Below, one piece after another: positions 7,687-13,015 of a stretch of 13,015 nt of DNA. Under the pieces are notes generated by a model that was not told the origin of the DNA, did no database searches, and saw only the letters and a program-made list of their open reading frames with translations. How positions within the stretch are numbered: position 1 is the first letter of the stretch; each line of letters starts with the position of its first letter. Made by a program: the position numbers and the translations under genes. Source of the stretch: Deltaproteobacteria bacterium (GTDB taxonomy: Bacteria > Myxococcota_A > Polyangia > Polyangiales > Houyiibacteriaceae); assembly GCA_034670305.1 (NCBI GenBank), contig JAXMNT010000093.1, forward strand, positions 1-13,015, written 5' to 3'.

Positions 7687-7692
7687 AGCCTA
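7687..7692 (-). promoter_or_regulatory. Putative -10 box TAGGCT 6 nt upstream of ATG 7680
   Basis: Minus strand reads GG-TAGGCT-cccgcc-ATG. Confidence 0.55.
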
Positions 7693-7775
7693 CCGTCGCC
7701 CCGGCAAAAGTGCATGGATCCGGAAATCTTCTTTGCTGCGGTCACGTTTGGCTTCGTCGTGGCCACGTGCAGTTG

Positions 7776-8762
7776 ATGATCTCCCCGACCCGCTCCCGCT
7801 CGCTGGCCTCGATCGCCGGCACCAGCCTGTTCACCGGCACCAGCCTGTTCTCTGGCACCAGCCTGTTCACCGGCACCCGCCTGTTCACCGTCGCCAGCCT
7901 GTACGCCGTCGCCAGCCTGTGCACCGTCGCCAGCAGCGCGGCCGCCCAGCCTGGCGCCGCGTTCGGGGAGCTCGAGTTCGTCCGCGACCAGGCCGTGCGG
8001 GTCGTGGCTGGCGCGCGCAGCATCGAAGTGCGCGCAGGCACCCGGTCGTCGACTGCCTTCCAAGGGCGGGACCTCCAGATGTGGTCGGGCGCCAACGAAC
8101 ACGGCGTGCTGGTCGCCGCGATGACCCGGAGCGGGATCGAAGCGGCGTTCGTACCCATCGTGGATCGGGTCCCGGGCCAGGCCCGGCGGTCGACGATCGC
8201 GAGGTTGGCAGGCGACGACTGGGCACCGGTGGGCGCCGCCATCGCCGCGCGCCCCGACGGGTTCGCGGCCTTCTGGCAGGAAGCCAACGTCCGCGCGCCC
8301 GGCCAGCTCTACCGCACGTTCATCGCACGCTTCGACCCCCAGGGTCGACCCATCGGGGAGACCGGCGAAGTGCGGGCGCGCTGGCCGATGGCCGACGTCG
8401 CGTACGAGCCGGGCACCAACCGCTACTACATGCTGCTCTACTTCGGTTCGCCCCAGGGCACGCGGTTGTGTGGCGTGCACGTCCACGGCGAGACCCTGAC
8501 CTCGATCGAACACCCGTTCTGGGTCTCGCATCAAGCCCGCAGCATCGAAGACGCCCGCCTCGTCCGCGACGGCGCGCGCCTCTTCGCGGTCTACCTCGCG
8601 GGCGAGCACATCAACCAGATCTTCGAAGCGAACGTCACCCAAGGCCAGTGGGGCCAGGACCCACCCGTCGCACCCGTCCAGCACGGCGTCCTCCGCCCCG
8701 GCCAGGTGTACGCCGGCCTCGTGCGAGGAGACGCCGTCGAACTGCTCTGGGCCCCGTTCTAA
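7776..8762 (+). CDS. Secreted hypothetical protein, beta-rich, about 328 aa, with a repeat-expanded signal region
   Basis: Distal part of ORF 7479..8762 with GC3-rich codons; AAA|QP signal peptidase-like site; beta-strand-like segments ([33 protein letters not shown]). Start ATG at 7776 is inferred. Confidence 0.75.
   Translation: MISPTRSRSLASIAGTSLFTGTSLFSGTSLFTGTRLFTVASLYAVASLCTVASSAAAQPGAAFGELEFVRDQAVRVVAGARSIEVRAGTRSSTAFQGRDLQMWSGANEHGVLVAAMTRSGIEAAFVPIVDRVPGQARRSTIARLAGDDWAPVGAAIAARPDGFAAFWQEANVRAPGQLYRTFIARFDPQGRPIGETGEVRARWPMADVAYEPGTNRYYMLLYFGSPQGTRLCGVHVHGETLTSIEHPFWVSHQARSIEDARLVRDGARLFAVYLAGEHINQIFEANVTQGQWGQDPPVAPVQHGVLRPGQVYAGLVRGDAVELLWAPF
7818..7934 (+). repeat. 18-bp tandem repeat, six units plus a partial (GGCACCAGCCTGTTCACC grading into GTCGCCAGCCTGTACGCC)
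   Basis: Units start at 7818, 7836, 7854, 7872, 7890, 7908 and a partial at 7926; encodes [39 protein letters not shown]. Confidence 0.95.
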
Positions 8763-8775
8763 CGCAGACGCGCAG

Positions 8776-8975
8776 GCGGAAGCGGTCGCGGTCGCGGTGG
8801 CGGTGGCGCTCGCGGTCGCGGAAGCGGTGGCGGTCGCGGAAGCGGAAGCGGTGGCGGTCGCGGAAGCGGAAGCGGTGGCGGTCGCGGAAGCGGCTCCGGC
8901 TTCGGCTTCGGCTTCGGCTTCGGCTTCGGCTCCGGCTTCCGGCTTCGGCTTCGGCTTCGGCTTCGGCTCCGGCTT
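8776..8975 (+). repeat. Bipartite intergenic hexamer repeat: (GCGGAA/GCGGTG/GCGGTC)n, then (GGCTTC/GGCTCC)n
   Basis: Block A at about 8776-8891 has a 24-bp higher-order unit GCGGTGGCGGTCGCGGAAGCGGAA. Block B at about 8892-8975 has one extra C near 8940. Confidence 0.95.
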
Positions 8976-9010
8976 TTCCGCTTCGGGATGGGGCCAAGCG
9001 GGTCTTCAAG

Positions 9011-9016
9011 TACACT
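9011..9016 (+). promoter_or_regulatory. Putative -10 box TACACT 8 nt upstream of in-frame TTG 9025
   Basis: Plus strand reads aag-TACACT-cgcggacc-TTG TCT GAA GCC GAC ACC ATG. Confidence 0.5.
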
Positions 9017-9024
9017 CGCGGACC

Positions 9025-10329
<1,305 letters not shown>

Positions 10330-10380
10330 GTGCGCACGGTCGTCCGACCGGCCAAGGCGGAAGCCGAGGGCGCGATCGGG

Positions 10381-10386
10381 TACCCT
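10381..10386 (+). promoter_or_regulatory. Putative -10 box TACCCT 8 nt upstream of ATG 10395
   Basis: Plus strand reads gg-TACCCT-ggagccgg-ATG. Confidence 0.45.
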
Positions 10387-10394
10387 GGAGCCGG

Positions 10395-11198
10395 ATGAGA
10401 TCTCTCTTCCTTGCGATCGTCGTTGGTGGCTCGCTCGCGGCGACTCCGCCGGCCGCCGCTCAGCCCGCCGGGTTGCAGGCGGCCGCGCGGCAGTTCCGGG
10501 ACGGCGCGTTCGCCGATGCCGAGGAGACGTACCAAGCGCTGCTGGCGGCGGATGAGGGGCTCGACCGATCGACGCTCGAGTCCGTGTACCGCGCGCTGAC
10601 GATGGTCCGGCGCGCCCTGCAAGACGACGCCGGAGTCGAACGCGCGCTCACGGCATTGCTCTCGCTCGACCCGGACGCGGTGCTCGAAGACGCGCCGCCT
10701 TCCCTCGGCCGAGTGGTGGAACGGCTCCGCGAGGAGATCCGCGCGCCGGTCGGGGTGGAGGTCCAGAGCGAAGTGCGTGGCGGCGAAGCGCGCGTGACGG
10801 TTCGCGCGACCGAGGACGTCGCTTCGCTCGTGCGTTCGGTTCGCCTCTACGTGCGCGAAGAGGAAGGGTGGCGGGCCCGGTCCGGCGACACCCACCGCCT
10901 CGCACCGGACACCGAGTACTTCGCCGAGGCCGTCGGACCCGGAGGTGCGGTGCTCGCCTCCGACGGTTCCGCTACGGATCCACGCCGGACCGATCCTGCG
11001 CCGGCCGGCGCGGGTCCCAGGGGGCCGGTGGCCGAAGACCCCTCGAACGAGAACGACACGGCCGAGGGCGGCAGCGTGTGGCGCTGGCTGGGTCCGGTGC
11101 TCGGTGTGCTGCTCGTGGGGGCCGCCGTGGCTCTGACGCTGGTGCTGCGCGATCCCACCCAGACCACGCGGCCGACGGGTCCGATGCCGGTGCCATGA
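10395..11198 (+). CDS. Secreted protein with TPR-like helical N-terminus, beta domain and C-terminal hydrophobic helix, about 267 aa
   Basis: Signal MRSLFLAIVVGGSLAATPPAAA|Q; TPR-like AARQFRDGAFADAEETYQALL...ALLSLDPDA.L; C-terminal WRWLGPVLGVLLVGAAVALTLVL. Confidence 0.8.
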   Translation: MRSLFLAIVVGGSLAATPPAAAQPAGLQAAARQFRDGAFADAEETYQALLAADEGLDRSTLESVYRALTMVRRALQDDAGVERALTALLSLDPDAVLEDAPPSLGRVVERLREEIRAPVGVEVQSEVRGGEARVTVRATEDVASLVRSVRLYVREEEGWRARSGDTHRLAPDTEYFAEAVGPGGAVLASDGSATDPRRTDPAPAGAGPRGPVAEDPSNENDTAEGGSVWRWLGPVLGVLLVGAAVALTLVLRDPTQTTRPTGPMPVP

Positions 11199-12895
11199 AC
11201 GTCCCGACGAACGCCGCGACGATCGTTCGGTGCGCGTGCGTGCTCTTGCTCGCGTCCTGTGCGGGCGACGTCGGGCTGACGTGGAACTACGACCTCTCGC
11301 GGGTCCCGACGGCGGCCGGGGTGGAAGCCCGGATTCGAGCGGGCGGTTGCGAGGGCGCCGTCGTCTACGAAGACGCGTTCGCCGCCGGTGCGGTCGGCCG
11401 GACCCCGAGCGGCTTGGACGAAGGCACGCACTCGCTGGAGCTCTTGGTCCGGGACGACGCGTGCGCGGTGGTGGGCTTCGTGTGCGACACGCTCGAGCTC
11501 CCTCTCGCGACCGGCGAATGGACGTCGATCGCGGGACCCAGCTCGGCCGGTCCCCCCTGTGCACTCGGGTGCAACGGCGGCGTGTGCATGCGGGCCGATG
11601 GTGGCTTGGACGGGGGCGTGGACGCGCCCGGTACCGACGCGCCCGGTACCGACGCGCCCGGTACCGACGCGCCCGGTACCGACGCGCCCGGGGTGGACGC
11701 GCCCTTCGAACCGTGTGGTGACTGCGACCGGACCGGAGACACCTGTACCGCGGGCATGTGTGTGCCCGCCAACCCCGCGACCGCCATCGCCGTGGGCGCC
11801 TACGCGACCTGTGCCCTCTCGGGGGATCGACTCTACTGCTGGGGCGCCTCCACGATCGGACAGACCGGCACCGGCGGATTCACCGACCGCGTCTCCTCCC
11901 CGCGCCGCGTCGGCGGCACCGGTTGGCGGGCGGTCTCGCTCGGCGCGCAGACGACCTGCGCGGTGCGCGACGAGGACGCGCAGACCCGAACGTATTGCTG
12001 GGGGTCCAACAACAACGGGCAGGCGGGCATCGATCCGGCCGACGGAATGAACTTCGCCAGCCCGTCCCCGCAATCGCCCGCCGCGCCTCCCATCGTCGAA
12101 GTCGCGGTCGGCGGACCACGGGGGCTTGGCATCCAGGCGGACGGGGCACTGGTCGGATGGGGCACCAACGCCCACCAGTCCCTCTCGGTGCTCACCGACC
12201 TCGACATGCGCGTCGAACCACGGTTGTACGGGTCACCGCTCGACGGAGTGTGGACGGACGTGTCGACGTCGATCTGGTCGAGCTACGGGATCCGGGGCGG
12301 GGTGCTCTACGTCTGGGGCTGGAACGTGGAGGGCGAACTCGGCACCGGCGGCACCGGCATGTCGGTCCGCGATGCAGTCGCGTTCGAGGGCACCAACTGG
12401 GCGCAGGTGGCGGCCGGACAGCGGCACGCCTGCGGCCGACGCGCGGATGGCAGCACCTACTGCTGGGGCCGCGGCACCTCGGACCCGATGGCGCGCTGGG
12501 AGGAGAGCCCCGCGGTCTGGTTCGAGTGCAAAGATCTCGGCGGCGCCCTCGGCATCGGCGCCGTGGACGCGACGCGTCCCGAGCGCATCGCTGGACTGAG
12601 CAGCCAGCAGCTGAGCGCATGGTGCGGGACCTGCGCGGTGCAGGACGATGGCGCCTTGATGTGTTTCGGCGCCAACACCTACGGCGAACTCGGCGTCGGC
12701 GACACCGCCCCGCGCCTCGAGCCCGCGGTCGTGCAACCAGGCGCGCGCTGGACCGAGGTCGGCGTCGGACCGCGTCACAGCTGCGGCATCCGCGAAGGCG
12801 GCGCGCTCTACTGCTGGGGCGACAACGAGCGGCTCGGCCTCGGGGTCGACGGCGCGTCCTCCACCACGCTTCCGATCCGCGTCGTGCTCCCCTAG
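11195..12895 (+). CDS. RCC1-repeat (beta-propeller) lipoprotein with Cys-rich motifs, about 566 aa
   Basis: ATG at 11195 overlaps the upstream TGA (ATGA). Lipobox VLLLASC; RCC1-like repeats (LYCWGAS..GQTG, TYCWGSNNNGQAG, LYVWGWNVEGELG, AAGQRHACG, LMCFGANTYGELGVG, GPRHSCG, LYCWGDN); Cys motifs CALGCNGGVC and CGDCDRTGDTCTAGMC. Confidence 0.88.
   Translation: MNVPTNAATIVRCACVLLLASCAGDVGLTWNYDLSRVPTAAGVEARIRAGGCEGAVVYEDAFAAGAVGRTPSGLDEGTHSLELLVRDDACAVVGFVCDTLELPLATGEWTSIAGPSSAGPPCALGCNGGVCMRADGGLDGGVDAPGTDAPGTDAPGTDAPGTDAPGVDAPFEPCGDCDRTGDTCTAGMCVPANPATAIAVGAYATCALSGDRLYCWGASTIGQTGTGGFTDRVSSPRRVGGTGWRAVSLGAQTTCAVRDEDAQTRTYCWGSNNNGQAGIDPADGMNFASPSPQSPAAPPIVEVAVGGPRGLGIQADGALVGWGTNAHQSLSVLTDLDMRVEPRLYGSPLDGVWTDVSTSIWSSYGIRGGVLYVWGWNVEGELGTGGTGMSVRDAVAFEGTNWAQVAAGQRHACGRRADGSTYCWGRGTSDPMARWEESPAVWFECKDLGGALGIGAVDATRPERIAGLSSQQLSAWCGTCAVQDDGALMCFGANTYGELGVGDTAPRLEPAVVQPGARWTEVGVGPRHSCGIREGGALYCWGDNERLGLGVDGASSTTLPIRVVLP
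11621..11704 (+). repeat. 15-bp tandem repeat GACGCGCCCGGTACC x4 plus degenerate copies (DAPGT linker)
   Basis: Four exact units at 11621-11680, then GACGCGCCCGGGGTG and GACGCGCCC. Confidence 0.95.
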
Positions 12896-12919
12896 CAGGT
12901 CGCTGAAAAGCGACCTGCT
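12894..12919 (+). terminator. Perfect 11-bp hairpin with GAAA tetraloop overlapping the lipoprotein stop codon
   Basis: AGCAGGTCGCT-GAAA-AGCGACCTGCT; followed by CCC(TTGCCC..)n rather than a U-tract. Confidence 0.7.
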
Positions 12920-12952
12920 CCCTTGCCGTTGCCCTTGCCCGTGCCCTTGCCC
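12920..12952 (+). repeat. (TTGCCC/GTGCCC)n hexamer repeat
   Basis: CCC TTGCCG TTGCCC TTGCCC GTGCCC TTGCCC. Confidence 0.9.
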
Positions 12953-13015
12953 GCGTCGTGGACGCCGTGTGTTTCGCGACGGCGAGGCGCGAATCGGAGC
13001 GCGATGCCCAGCGGA

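Noticed and set aside
7818-7934. Possible CRISPR array (also considered for 11621-11704)
   Set aside because: Units are directly adjacent with no spacers, are in-frame coding, and there are no cas genes.
8640-8759. C-skew before the 8776 repeat as a mirror of the kinase G-skew
   Set aside because: Manual count (C 24/40, G 10/40 at third positions) matches the kinase-core baseline, so it is not supported.
8797-9024. AVAEA/ASAS/GFGF N-terminal extension of the sigma54 activator
   Set aside because: It is the translation of the intergenic hexamer tract; a -10 box and in-frame TTG/ATG lie downstream at 9011-9045.

Overview
High-GC bacterial DNA with a gene content typical of myxobacteria (Myxococcota, probably Polyangiales/Sandaracinaceae-like; inferred from gene families, not from a database search). 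It holds 11 probable CDS: an alpha/beta hydrolase, a WGR-domain/ATP-dependent DNA ligase fusion, a putative beta-barrel protein, a Leu-type amino-acid dehydrogenase, a small membrane protein, a membrane Ser/Thr kinase with an acidic hexamer-repeat linker, a zinc-ribbon/TM/TonB-C-like (AgmX/GltJ-like) protein, a secreted hypothetical protein, an FHA-domain sigma54 activator, a secreted TM-anchored protein and a translationally coupled RCC1-repeat lipoprotein. No rRNA, tRNA, CRISPR array or transposase was seen. The most unusual signals are non-coding. (i) Three gene ends share a hairpin overlapping the stop codon followed directly by CCC(NTGCCC)n instead of a U-tract, and two of these hairpins are sequence-related. 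(ii) Related period-6 repeat tracts occur both between genes and in frame inside the kinase, where they are flanked by a strong third-position G skew. (iii) A TAnnnT -10 box lies 6-8 nt before the start codon of 7 of 11 genes, suggesting leaderless mRNAs. (iv) A possible four-helix-bundle gene remnant sits at the left edge.
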